Assembly (NCBI GenBank): GCA_002104945.1
Contig: MCFH01000103.1
Location: 1-59,416, forward strand
Source: Piromyces finnis finn
Taxonomy: Eukaryota; Fungi; Neocallimastigomycota
Reading direction: 5' to 3'
DNA: 59,416 nucleotides
The notes beneath the pieces are model-generated. The model had not been told where the DNA came from. It made no database searches and worked only from the letters and a program-made list of their open reading frames with translations. The translations under genes and the position numbers were made by a program. Shown here piece after piece: positions 1-11,600 of this stretch (positions are counted from its first letter, which is position 1; each line of letters opens with the position of its first letter).

Positions 1-1
1 T

Positions 2-3000
2 AGGGTAACCTCAGATTTTAAATTATCGTTTGAACTAGACACAAAAATTCTTATAGACTCCGTTTCTACACTTAATCTAATAGATGTCGACTATTGCAAC
101 GATCACAATATTCCCTACCACTATGAAGAAGATTTACCCAACGTATTCGGTATTGGTGGTAGCCAAAAACTGTTCGGAGCTACTCCACCTCTTAATCTTC
201 GCTACATGGATCACCTATGCCGTACTGTCTTTTACGTTACTGATCTACCTGTATATCCTTGTATTCTAGGTCTACGTTGGCTTAAGGAACATAATCCAAG
301 TATTGACTTTGAAAATAATAAATTATCTTTTGGTTCTTCATATTGCTTGGATCATTGTATGACTCTCCCTTCGAATGTTCCCGAATTCCATCAGGAAACT
401 TCTGTTTTTTCTACTGATTGCAATAACTCTTCTTCCGTTTCTTTGCCTATTTTTATTGACAAATCTAAATCTTCTTTTTCAAATTCTAAGTTATCTCATT
501 CTCGTAATCCCAAAGAAAATCATTCTAAATCCGTCTTAATTAACAATGAATCTGTTAACGATCCTTTATCACAAGAGACTTGTACTGTCATGGCTTCTAA
601 TATATCTCTTTCTAAAGTTGACACTTATTCACCAAAAAACTCTCTTAAAGACTCAAATCCTATTACTAAACTTCCGAAGGAATTAGAATCATATATGGAC
701 GTCTTTAGCGAATCTTCTGCTGATCAATTACCACCTCATCGTCCTTATGATTGCCAAATAAACCTAATCGAAAATGCCAAGCTATTTTATGGACCAATCT
801 ACCCACTAACAGACGAAGAAACAAGAGTTTTGAAGGATTATATCGATGAAAACCTCAAAAAGGGTTTCATTAGGAAATCCAAATCTCCTGCTGGTGCGCC
901 TGTACTTTTCGTCCCTAAAAAGAATGGTGAACTCCGTCTTTGTCAAGATTATAGGGAACTCAACAAAATTACCATTAGAGATTCCTATCCTCTACCTCTG
1001 ATTCAAGATATGCTAGAGCATCTTGGTAAAGCGAAAATCTTCTCAAAATTGGATTTACGATCAGCATATAACTTGGTCCGAATCAAAAAGGGTGATGAAT
1101 ATAAAACAGCTTTCACCTGCAAATTCGGCCACTTTGAATACCTGGTAATGCCATTCGGACTGAAAAACGCCCCGGCTGTTTTTCAGCATTTTATCAATGA
1201 TGTTCTGGAAAATATTCTAGGGATTTTTGTTTATTCATATATTGACGATTTAATTATTTTTTCTGAAAACCATAAATTCCACATTAAGCACGTTATCGAA
1301 GTCCTGGATCGCTTAAGAAATGCTGGTCTTTATGCTAAGCTTGAAAAGTGTGAATTCTTTGTTTCCTCTATTGATTTCCTTGGTCATCGGATATCCTCTG
1401 AAGGTGTACATATGGACCCCAATAAAGTTTCTGCTATTATTAATTGGCCAGTTCCGTCCAGTGTCAAGGAAGTTCAATCTTTTATTGGCCTAGCCAACTA
1501 CTATCGTCGGTTTATTCCTAATTTTGCCAAAGTTGCACAACCCCTTCACAGACTACTTCGTAAAAACGTTAAATTTGATTTTTCCTCTGAAGCTCTTGAT
1601 GCATTTAATACCATTAAATCATTAATTTCATCTGCTCCCATCCTGTCTCATCCAAATCGTGATCTTCCCTTTATTGTTGAAACCGACTCTAGCAACTTTG
1701 CTATAGGAGCAGTTCTGTCTCAAAAATCTCCTGATGATAAAATGATCCATCCTGTCGCTTTCTATTCAAGATCTCTTACTTCCGCTGAAAGAAACTATCC
1801 TATATACGATAAAGAACTTTTAGCTATTGTTAATGCTCTTGAGACTTGGCGACATTTTCTCAAAGGTGCTTTAACCCCGTTTACTATTTATTCAGATCAT
1901 CGAAACTTACTATATCAAAAGAAACCGGAAAAAATGTCACAACGTCTCGTTCGTTGGGCCCTTTTCCTTTCCGAATTTAACTTTAAAATTCTCTACCGCT
2001 CTGGTTCATCAAATGGTAAACCTGATGCGCTTTCACGAAGACCTGATTATATAGATTCCTCTCTTCCTTCTGATGCTCCTTTTTCGGTTTTACGCCCTGA
2101 GAATTTCTGCGCTTTGATTTGTTCCATTTCTTCTCTTAATGATGAAATATTATCTGAATATGTGAACGACTCTTTTTACATTGACATTTGCAATTTTCTT
2201 GAAAATAAGAATCTCCCAGCTCCACATCCACAAAGTAATAAATTCTCTCTTAGTAATAGTTTTCTTCTTTTTGATAATAGAATCTATGTCCCTTTAAAAT
2301 GCCGTCCCTCCGTTTTGAAACTCTGTCATGATTCCCCCTCTGCCGGTCATTTTGGTATCCGCAAAACTATTTCTTTGATCTCTCGTGACTTTTGGTGGCC
2401 ATCCATTTCTATTGATGTTAAGAATTATATCCGATCTTGCGAGATTTGTTGCCGCTCCAAGCCTTCTCGTCATAAACCATATGGTTTACTTCAACCCCTT
2501 GAGATTAGTGACCATCCTTGGGCTTCTATTTCTATGGATTTCATTACTGACCTCCCTCCTTCGGATGGATTTAACACTATTCTTGTTGTAGTTGACCGCC
2601 TTACTAAAATGTGCCACCTCATTCCCTTTAAAGGTATTCCTTCTGCTTCTGATACTGCTTTTGCTTTTTTGAATTATATTTTCAAAATTCACGGTCTCTC
2701 CTCTGAAATTATTTCCGATAGAGGCGCGCAATTCACTTCGAAATTTTGGAAATCTATTTGCCAATCTTTGGACGTCAATGTTAAATATTCTTCACCATAT
2801 CATCATCAATCCAATGGCCAAACGGAGAGGGTAAACTCCGTTGTTGAACAATATTTAAGATGCTTTTCTAATTATAAAGGAACAAACTGGATCAACTTTC
2901 TTCCATTGGCAGAATTCAGTTACAATAATGCTGTTCAAGACTCAACAAAATTCTCACCATTCTTCCTAAATTATGGTTATCACCCAAAATACTCTCCGGT

Positions 3001-3556
3001 AATTCCTGACCAAACGAATGTTCCAAGAGCTGAAGAATTTACAAGAGACTTTGAAGACCTAATGGAGAAACTAAAAGAAAACTTAAAGAAGGCTATCCAA
3101 GTTCAAAAGAAATACGCCGACAAGTATAGACAAGAACCTCCGACATTCAAGACTGGTGACAAAGTATGGTTGGATAGCTCCTTGATAATTCATAAAGGAA
3201 ATAAAAAATTTAATCCTAGGAAACTTGGCCCGTTTAGGATAATTAGTAAAATCTCTAATCTCACTTATAAATTAGAATTACCAAAATCGCTGAAGATTTA
3301 CCCAATTGTTCATGTTTCAAACCTAGAACCGTATTATGAAGATAGTTTTGGAAGAATCAAAGATCCACCTCCACCTATAATAGTAAATGAAGAAGAAGAA
3401 TACGAAGTAGAAGAAATACTTGATAAAAGAAAGCATTATGGGAAGATTCAATATCTAATAAAATGTAAAGGTTATCCGCTTTCAGAAGCATCTTGGGAAC
3501 CTGAAAGTAATTTAAACTGCGATGAACTAATTAACAACTTTAATAATTCACATTAG
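2..3556 (+). CDS. gag-pol: Gag-Pol polyprotein, 5'-truncated by the window (protease, RT, RNase H, integrase, chromodomain); protease DSG>DSV and chromodomain W>C
   Basis: Frame is open from base 2 (the track starts at the Met at 206). Motifs YIDD, TDSS..DKELLAI, HHCC, D,D35[18 protein letters not shown]. Near-identical to A2/A3. Confidence 0.93.
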   Translation, partial: RVTSDFKLSFELDTKILIDSVSTLNLIDVDYCNDHNIPYHYEEDLPNVFGIGGSQKLFGATPPLNLRYMDHLCRTVFYVTDLPVYPCILGLRWLKEHNPSIDFENNKLSFGSSYCLDHCMTLPSNVPEFHQETSVFSTDCNNSSSVSLPIFIDKSKSSFSNSKLSHSRNPKENHSKSVLINNESVNDPLSQETCTVMASNISLSKVDTYSPKNSLKDSNPITKLPKELESYMDVFSESSADQLPPHRPYDCQINLIENAKLFYGPIYPLTDEETRVLKDYIDENLKKGFIRKSKSPAGAPVLFVPKKNGELRLCQDYRELNKITIRDSYPLPLIQDMLEHLGKAKIFSKLDLRSAYNLVRIKKGDEYKTAFTCKFGHFEYLVMPFGLKNAPAVFQHFINDVLENILGIFVYSYIDDLIIFSENHKFHIKHVIEVLDRLRNAGLYAKLEKCEFFVSSIDFLGHRISSEGVHMDPNKVSAIINWPVPSSVKEVQSFIGLANYYRRFIPNFAKVAQPLHRLLRKNVKFDFSSEALDAFNTIKSLISSAPILSHPNRDLPFIVETDSSNFAIGAVLSQKSPDDKMIHPVAFYSRSLTSAERNYPIYDKELLAIVNALETWRHFLKGALTPFTIYSDHRNLLYQKKPEKMSQRLVRWALFLSEFNFKILYRSGSSNGKPDALSRRPDYIDSSLPSDAPFSVLRPENFCALICSISSLNDEILSEYVNDSFYIDICNFLENKNLPAPHPQSNKFSLSNSFLLFDNRIYVPLKCRPSVLKLCHDSPSAGHFGIRKTISLISRDFWWPSISIDVKNYIRSCEICCRSKPSRHKPYGLLQPLEISDHPWASISMDFITDLPPSDGFNTILVVVDRLTKMCHLIPFKGIPSASDTAFAFLNYIFKIHGLSSEIISDRGAQFTSKFWKSICQSLDVNVKYSSPYHHQSNGQTERVNSVVEQYLRCFSNYKGTNWINFLPLAEFSYNNAVQDSTKFSPFFLNYGYHPKYSPVIPDQTNVPRAEEFTRDFEDLMEKLKENLKKAIQVQKKYADKYRQEPPTFKTGDKVWLDSSLIIHKGNKKFNPRKLGPFRIISKISNLTYKLELPKSLKIYPIVHVSNLEPYYEDSFGRIKDPPPPIIVNEEEEYEVEEILDKRKHYGKIQYLIKCKGYPLSEASWEPESNLNCDELINNFNNSH

Positions 3557-3743
3557 TAATAGTTATTAATTTAAAAAAAAAATTAGTAATTGATAAGAGA
3601 AAAAGAGAATAGAAAATAGAAAATGAAAAAATATATTTATAATTTAATATTCATGTAATTTAAAAAAAAAAAAAAAAAAATTCAAAATGTATTCACTCGT
3701 TTCAATTATTTCTCTTATAATAAAGTAACAAATAAATTTAGTT

Positions 3744-3778
3744 GATTCGTCTGGTATCCGAATCCTGGAGGAGGACCA
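3744..3778 (+). promoter_or_regulatory. 3' UTR hairpin plus polypurine tract of A1
   Basis: GATTCG-TCTGGTATC-CGAATC stem-loop, then GGAGGAGGACCA abutting the LTR TG. Confidence 0.8.
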
Positions 3779-4187
3779 TGTAACGAATCATAGAAATTAG
3801 TAACCTGTCTTAGTGGTTAGTAACTAAGACCTTGGTTTGAACTACTCGAGTTCGAAACTTCATTAATATCTTTTTTTAATTATTAAAATATTTTATAACG
3901 AAATTTTACCAAAGAAGATAATTTCTGATTGGCTTAAAAAAATTAAGTTGTAAAATTTTTATAAATTTACTTTTAAAAATTTTTATATAAATACGAGTGA
4001 AATTTCTCAAAAAAATTATTTTTAATTCGAGTTTTTATTAACAAAAAATTTTATAATAAAAATAAAATTATTAAACACTAACCTGTTATAATTTTGTTAA
4101 GTGTTCAATAATAAAATTTTTATTTGCTTTTATTATTTTCCTTTTTATATATTTGTGTTTTTATTTATTGAATATTAGTTCTTTACA
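3779..4187 (+). repeat. 3' LTR of A1 (409 bp)
   Basis: TGTAACG...CTTTACA; matches 37514-37922 and 43231-43639 with a few substitutions. Confidence 0.95.
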
Positions 4188-6957
4188 TGGACCAATTTAT
4201 CCCTTAACGGATAAAGAATCAATGGTATTGAAGGAATATATTGATGAAAATTTGCGAAAAGGTTTCATTAGACCTTCAAAATCACCGGCAGGTGCCCCAG
4301 TGCTCTTTGTTCCAAAAAAAAATGATGAACTACGTCTCTGTCAAGATTATAGGAAATTGAATGAAATCACAGTCCGTGATTCCTACCCTTTACCACTAAT
4401 TAACGATATGTTGGAGCACTTAGGTAAAAGCAACATCTTCTCCAAACTTGATTTAAGATCAGCTTACAATCTTGTGAGGATAAAAGAAGGTGATGAATTC
4501 AAAACTGCTTTTACTTGCAAATATGGACACTTTGAATATACTGTAATGCCGTTTGGTTTGAAGAACGCGCCTGCAGTATTCCAACATTTCATTAATGATG
4601 TGCTTGATGGAATCTTGGGAGTATTTGTCTTCAGTTATATTGATGACTTAATTATTTTTTCGGAAAATTTTGAAACACATGTTATGCAAGTCAAAGAAGT
4701 ACTTAACAGACTTAGAAAAGCGGGACTTTATGCAAAACTTGAAAAATGTGAGTTTTTTGTCCCATTTATCGATTTTTTAGGTCATCGTATATCGTCTGAT
4801 GGTATTTTAATGGATCCAAAGAAGATTGCATCTATCCTGGAATGGCCAACTCCTAGAAACGTTAAAGAAGTTCAAGCATTTCTTGGGTTAGCTAATTATT
4901 ATAGAAGATTCATTGCAGGTTTTGCTGATCTTGCACAACCACTTAATGCATTACTTAAAAAGGATGTTAAATTCTGCTTCTCTCATGAGTGTGAGAATTC
5001 ATTCAATATAATCAAAACTAAGTTTGCTTCTTCTCCTGTTCTTGCATACCCGAATCGCGATATACCTTTCATGGTTGAAACGGATGCAAGTAATTTTGCT
5101 ATAGGAGCCATCCTTTCCCAAACGAATCCAAAAGACAATTCTGTTCACCCTGTAGCATTCTTCTCTAGATCGCTTAGTTCTTCTGAAAGGAACTATCCGA
5201 TCTACGATAAAGAACTTTTAGCAATTGTAGCTGCTTTAGAAAATTGGCGTCATTTACTCAAGGGGACTGCTCAGCCTTTCAAAATTTTCTCGGATCACAG
5301 GAATTTGCTCTACCAGAAGAAACCCGAAAAAATGACCCAAAGATTAGTTCGTTGGTCTCTGTTTCTTACCGAGTTTAACTTCATTATCGTCTATCGGTCG
5401 GGTTCTGCTAATGGTAAACCTGACGCTTTATCCAGAAGACCAGATTACTTAGAAAACTTTAAGGATTCCAATGATTCTCCAAATTCCGTTCTTAGACATG
5501 AAAACTTTTGTGCCCTGGTTCTAGATAACAACCCCCTTATGGACAAAATCATTTCAAATAGCAAAGATGATAAATTCTACTTTGAAGTATGCAAGTACTT
5601 AGAAACTCAAATTCCACCAATACCTCATTCGCAAATCGAAAACTTTAAAATTCAAGATGGTGTATTATTATTCAATGATAGGATCTATGTCTCTCATGAT
5701 TGTCGTTTGGAAGTTCTTAAGATTTGTCACGACTCACCCTCCGCTGGACACTTCGGACTGAAGAAAACTACTTCACTTATTGTTCGTGACTTTTGGTGGC
5801 CTTTTCTCTCTGTTGATGTTAAAGAATATGTAAAGTCTTGTGAAATATGCTGCCGTTCAAAGGACTCTCGACAAAAACCTTATGGATTTCTTTCTCCTTT
5901 GGAAATTGCTGAACGTCCTTGGTCTTCCGTATCTATGGACTTTATTACGGATCTTCCACCTTCTCAAAAGTATACTTGCATTCTCGTTGTCACTGATAGA
6001 TTAACTAAATTATGTCATTTTATTCCTTTTGAGAACATTCCTTCTACCTCCGATACTGCTGATGCTTTCATGATCAACGTTTTTCGTTTCCACGGATTAC
6101 CAAATGAAATTTTTTCGGATAGAGGTACTCAATTCACCTCTAAATTCTGGAATTCTATTTGTAAATCTTTCGATATAAACCTAAAATTTTCTTCATCCTA
6201 CCACCACCAAATAAACGGGCTGACGGAGAGGGTAAACTCCGTTGTAGAACAATACTTAAGGTGTTACTCAAATTATAAAGGTTCCAATTGGTACAAATTC
6301 TTACATCTTGCCGAATTCAGTTACAACAATGCCGTTCAAGAATCTACTAAAACTTCACCATTTTTTGCTAACTATGGCTATAATCCGAAACATTCTCCAA
6401 TCTTACCAAGTCGTACCGATGTACCAATTGCGGATGAATTTACAAGAAATTTCAAAGAAATAATTAAAACTCTTAAAGATAACTTAAAGAAATCCATTGA
6501 TCAACAAGAAAAATTTGCAAACAAACATAGATGTAAAGCTCCTGAACTCAAGGTAAATGATAAGGTCTGGATCAACAGTTCTCTAATATTGCGGAATGGC
6601 AATAAGAAGCTAAAACCTAGAAAACTTGGTCCGTACAGAGTAATTGAAAAAATTTCTCCAGTTTCTTTCAAATTGGAGTTACCAAAAGAAATTCGTATTC
6701 ATCCAGTCATCCACGTTTCAGAATTGGAACCCTACCATGAAGATAAGTTCAAAAGAAAGCAACCGCAACCTCCACTAGTTATTGTGGATAATAATGAAGA
6801 ATTTGAAGTTGAGGAGATATTGGACAAAAGAAGATATTATGGTAAAGTCCAATACCTAATTAAATGGAAAGGATACCCGATATCTGAAGCATCCTGGGAG
6901 CCAGAAAATAATTTGAATTGTCCAGAGCTACTTAAGGAATTTAACGAAAAGAAATGA
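4188..6957 (+). CDS. pol: Pol of D (RT, RNase H, integrase, canonical chromodomain), interrupted at its 5' end by A1
   Basis: YIDD, HHCC, D,D35[26 protein letters not shown]. The first 11 codons of track ORF 4153 come from the A1 LTR. Confidence 0.92.
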
Positions 6958-7234
6958 TTCTAACAGAAACTTTATTTTTAATTTATTTTAATTTTATTTT
7001 TAATTTTATTCTTAAAAAAAAAAAAAAAAAAAATTTTAAATTTTCTTTAATTTTAAACTTACTATAAGCATGTATTTAATATCAAATGTATAATATGAAA
7101 AAAAAAATTATTTTTATTGTAATTCAATTAGTATAGTTTAATTATATAGTAGTTATATAGTTTAAAAAATTATTTAATAAAACATAAAATGAATCCAAAG
7201 ATTCGTCTGGTATCCGAATCCTGGAGGAGGACCA

Positions 7235-7746
7235 TGTAACGAATCTATTAGAAATTTAATATTGTCTTAATGGTTAGTATTTAAGACATCAATCTAGATC
7301 ACTCGGGTTCGTCTCACACCCTGATCTAAATTTTATTTTAAATTATTTATTTAATAATTTAATTTATGACTTATAGAACTTATTCGAAAAAAGAATAAGT
7401 TCGAATATTCGAAAAATTAAATATTTATTGTATTTTTATCACGGGATTCATTTTATGTAATTTTTAATTAATTTAAAGAATAATTTCGAAAGAAAATTTA
7501 ATTTTTTATTTAGCCACTTCAGATTTAAAAAAAGTATAAATAGAAGTGGTTTGAATCAAAAAACTAAATGGTGTGTTTTTATTAACTTGTAACTTTAATT
7601 TTTAAAAATAAAAATAATTAATAATAAAAAAATTTTCTAATAAAATTAAACAAATTATATCAACCTATAGGGAAATAAATAATTTTTTTCTATATAAATT
7701 TTATTAATTCATATATTAGTAAATTTTTATATAGATACACGTTACA
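7235..7746 (+). repeat. 3' LTR of D (512 bp)
   Basis: Starts TGTAACGAATC after the PPT and ends GTTACA where B-LTR sequence resumes. There is only one copy in the window, so the 3' end is defined by the junction. Confidence 0.8.
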
Positions 7747-8272
7747 TACAGAAAAAGAAAATGGGACATAATTTATTTATTAATAATTAAAGTTTAAAAC
7801 AAAATAAATTAGTAATTTATTTTTAATGTTTAACAAATAAATTAAAATTCTCAATTCAAACCCCTAGTTTTAGTATTGTTTTGTAATAGAAATAGACATC
7901 TAGTATATAATTATTAAATGTTTAATATATCAATAATACATGGGCACATATTCAAATTGAATAGTACTTAATTTGAATTGCCAATTGTATTTTACTAAAA
8001 ATAGTTATAGTTTAAATATTTATTAATAATTAAGATTTTAGTGTAGATTTTAAATAATAATATATAAGAAATAAATAGTTATAATATAATATAAATGTAT
8101 TTAGGAAAAATATAAATAGAAGATATTTTTCATCATTTTATCGATGTAATTGTTATTAATATAATTTCTATTATAATAAAAGATATTTTTTAACAAAACA
8201 ATTTTATATAAATCTTTAGTGTTATTGTAATAGAATAGATATCCTAATCTATTCTTTTGTGTCGACTTTACA
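7747..8272 (+). repeat. 5' LTR of B1 (part downstream of the D insertion)
   Basis: Matches 13367-13892 with at least 3 substitutions; ends GACTTTACA. Confidence 0.92.
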
Positions 8273-8283
8273 ATAACAATTAC
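8272..8283 (+). promoter_or_regulatory. Self-priming PBS of B1
   Basis: AATAACAATTAC is the reverse complement of GTAATTGTTATT at 8146-8157, 35 nt after TATAAATA at 8111. Confidence 0.8.
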
Positions 8284-8312
8284 CTAACGAAATCCAAGAA
8301 TACGTTAGGGTA

Positions 8313-8452
8313 TCTACCGCCGAAGGACAAGAAATTGAAGAAAGAAAAAGCTACTTGGTTAGATTCTACCGCCGAAGGACAAGATATTGAAGAAAGAAAA
8401 AGCTACTTGGTTAGATTCTACCGCCGAAGGACAAGAAATTGAAGAAAGAAAA
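8313..8452 (+). repeat. 52-bp tandem repeat, about 2.7 copies, in the B1 5' UTR
   Basis: TCTACCGCCGAAGGACAAGA... starts at 8313, 8365 and 8417. Confidence 0.9.
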
Positions 8453-8652
8453 CTATTAAAATCTTAAAGGAATTAGTAATACAAAACTTGTTCGACACTG
8501 CTTTGCAGAACGCGTTTGAATAACTTTTGTATTAGAATATATTGTACTAGTGTAATTAAAAAAAAAAAAAAAAAAAAAAATTTTTTAAGATTACTTACCT
8601 AAAACAGTAGTAAGAAACCATTTTAATTTTATATTGTATATTATATTTTGAA

Positions 8653-11600
8653 TTGGAGGACTTAATTAGTGAGTTTAAAAGTTTGAATTTGGAGATGGGT
8701 GATGGGACTGTAGGTGTTTCTGGGAACTCGGGGAACATTATTAATGCTCCACCGGTATTTTCTGGTAAACAAAGAGAATTGGATGGATTTTTAACCAGAG
8801 TTGAGTTGGTATTTCGTACTCGACCGACACTGTATAATACAGATCGAGTCAAGGTCGACTTTGTTATATCATACTTCTCTGGTAAACCGTTGGAATGAGC
8901 TTCAGTGTTGATGAAGAATAATAGTGAGGTTTTAAACCATTACGATGAATTTGTAGATAGGTTGATGGCTAATTCTGGCAGTTATAGATACGATACCGTT
9001 GTAGCTAATGGTAAATTAGATAATATTCACCAAAGGAAACTTGGTCAGGTATTAGATTACATTACCGAGTTTCAACGTATTAGCCAAAATTCAAGCTTTA
9101 ATGATAGCGCAAAAATCTACATGTTTCTGAAAGGTTTACTACCACCACTTAGGGAGAAGTTGGCTTTCATTGAATCAAACCCAACTTCAATTGAACAATT
9201 GATTTCTTCAACTATTTTAGTTGAAGATATGATGAAAAGGAATTCGCTTAGTGAATTTTATTTTAATAGTAGAAGGGCTAATGATCCTATGGATGTGGAT
9301 GTATTTAGAATTAGTAGAGAGAATAAACGTAAAAGATATGTGAACATCCAAGGATCAAGTAAAAATTACAATGAAAACATAGACAACTTTGAAGAAGAAA
9401 AGAAAAAAGGATTATGTTTTCTTTGTAAACAGCCAGGACATTTAAAATTTAATTGTCCTAATAGAGTAAAGCCCAGAAAAGTGTTAAGAATTGTTAAAGA
9501 AAGGACTCCAAAAATTGTTAATCCAAAAATTTACAAAGTTGGAGTCAAGGGAGTGAAAAGTGATTTAAACCTTGTGGATTTTTACTTGAGTACCAATGAA
9601 GTTTCGGAAGTTAAAATTAAGGTTTTAATTGATTCCGGTTCTGAATTGAATTTCATTAATCCAAGTCTTGCTGAAGACCTTGGTATTAAGTTGGAAAAAG
9701 TAGAACCATTCCGTGTATCAGGTGTTAGTGATGGAGTTGTAAGTGTATGGGAAAGGACCGAGAAGTGTATGTTCCGATGCAAAAATCACTTCGAAGTAAT
9801 TCAACTTTATGGATTACAAGTCCCCGGTGTTGATGTTATTCTTGGTTTGCCGTGGATAAAGAAGCATAATCCAAATGCTTTCTATGACTCTAAGAAAATC
9901 GCTTTTATTTCTGGTTATTGTGCCAGACACTGTAACAAAGGTAAAAGAAAAAGAAAACCAAGAAAGAAGTCCAAGAATGATCAATTAGATCATGATGTTC
10001 TAGACCGAAGCTTAACCAAAAAACCGAAAGTAGATCCCTCCGTCCCAAACCATGAAGAAAAAGAATATGTTAAAGGCCGCCTTGTTAGAACCATTAATGA
10101 TGAAGATGACAGCGATGATGAATATATTAGTTTTAATAAAAAAGTTAAATGTATTGTAACGAAAATTATTGAAACATGTAATAATGATAATGAATCATGT
10201 AGCAATAATAATAATAATGAAAAGGATATTAATAAAGATAAATTGGTCGCCGTACCAACCCAATATTTAGAATTTAGTGAAGTGTTTAATGAAAAAAATT
10301 GTGAAGTGTTACCTCCTCATAGACCTTATGATTGTGAAATCAAACTTAAGGATGATTCAACTTTATTTTATGGACCATTGTATCCATTAACTGAAGCTGA
10401 AAGAGAGGAACTTAAAAAGTATATAGATGAAAATTTAAATAAAGGTTTTATTAGGAAATCATCGTCTCCTGCTGGTGCCCCAATTTTGTTTGTTAAAAAG
10501 AAGGACGGTTCCTTAAGACTTTATATTGATTATAGAAGGTTGAATGATATTACAATTCGTAATTCATATCCTTTACCTATAATAAGTGACCTTTTGGATA
10601 GGGTGAAAAATGCTAAGATTTTTACCAAACTAGACCTTAAATCCGCTTATAATCTTGTTCGTATTAAAGAACGTGATGAATACAAAACGGCTTTTCGTAC
10701 TAGGTATGGTCATTTTGAATATCTGGTTATGCCTTTTGGATTAAAGAATGCATTTGCAACCTTTCAACACTTTATTAACGATGTTCTTAGTGATTATTTA
10801 GATGATTTTGTTATCTCATATATAGATGACATCCTTATTTATTCTAATAATATCGAAGAGCATCATGAGCATGTTAAAAAGGTACTTAAGAAACTACTTG
10901 AAAATAATCTTTATGTTAAATTAGAAAAATGTGAGTTTGATGTTAAGAAAACCACTTTTCTTGGTTATGTCATTTCAAAAGATGGGTTACAAATGGACAA
11001 GAATAAAGTTAAAGCAATTCTCGATTGGCCTGTTCCCAAGAATGTTAAAGAGGTTCAGTCTTTTATTGGTCTATGTAACTATTACAGAATTTTTATTAAA
11101 GACTTTGCTAAAATTGCAAACCCTCTTCACAAGCTCACTAGAAAAAATGTTGCTTTTAACTGGGTGAAAGAAGATCAGGACGCTTTTAATTTATTAAAAA
11201 CTTTGTTCACGTCAGCTCCTATTCTGAAACATGCGGATAGTAATAAACAATTTATTGTAGAAACTGATGCTAGCAATTATGCTGTCGGTGCTATTCTCTC
11301 TCAAGAGTTTGATGGCAAATTACATCCCATTGCATTTCTTTCTAAAAGTTTGACGAGTTATCAAAGAAACTATCCTATATATGACAAGGAACTCTTAGCT
11401 ATTATAGTTGCTCTTGAAGAATGGCGTCATTACTTAGAGGGTGCACGCCATCAGTTCATAATTTATACCGATCACAAGAACTTAACATTTTCTAGAAAAC
11501 CTGAAATGTTATCTCAGAGACAAATTAGATGGAATTTGTTCTTATCCAGATTTGACTTTAAACTCATTTATAGAGCTGGTAAGAAATCTGGTAAGCCTGA

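Larger units (their letters stand above)
1..4187 (+). mobile_element. Ty3/Gypsy chromovirus, family A copy 1 (5' part outside window), inserted in the pol gene of element D
   Basis: PR-RT-RH-IN-chromodomain ORF, PPT GGAGGAGGACCA, 409-bp TG...CA LTR nearly identical to those of A2/A3. The LTR is followed by TGGAC and in-frame continuation of D pol (GPIYP). Confidence 0.95.
4188..7746 (+). mobile_element. Ty3/Gypsy chromovirus family D, 3' portion, inserted in the 5' LTR of B1
   Basis: RT-RH-IN-chromodomain ORF, the same PPT block as A, LTR 7235-7746. The LTR is followed by TACAG and the interior of the B LTR. Confidence 0.9.

Noticed and set aside
3752-3765. TGGTATCCGAATCC as a tRNA-Met primer-binding site
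   Set aside because: It lies upstream of the PPT and 3' LTR, not after a 5' LTR. It is kept only as part of the conserved 3' UTR block.
4153-4187. N-terminus [11 protein letters not shown] of track ORF 4153 (also ORF 25781)
   Set aside because: It is read-through from the A LTR end into interrupted host pol, not a real start.
8313-8452. CRISPR-like array
   Set aside because: The repeats are contiguous with no unique spacers, in a eukaryotic retroelement leader with no cas genes.
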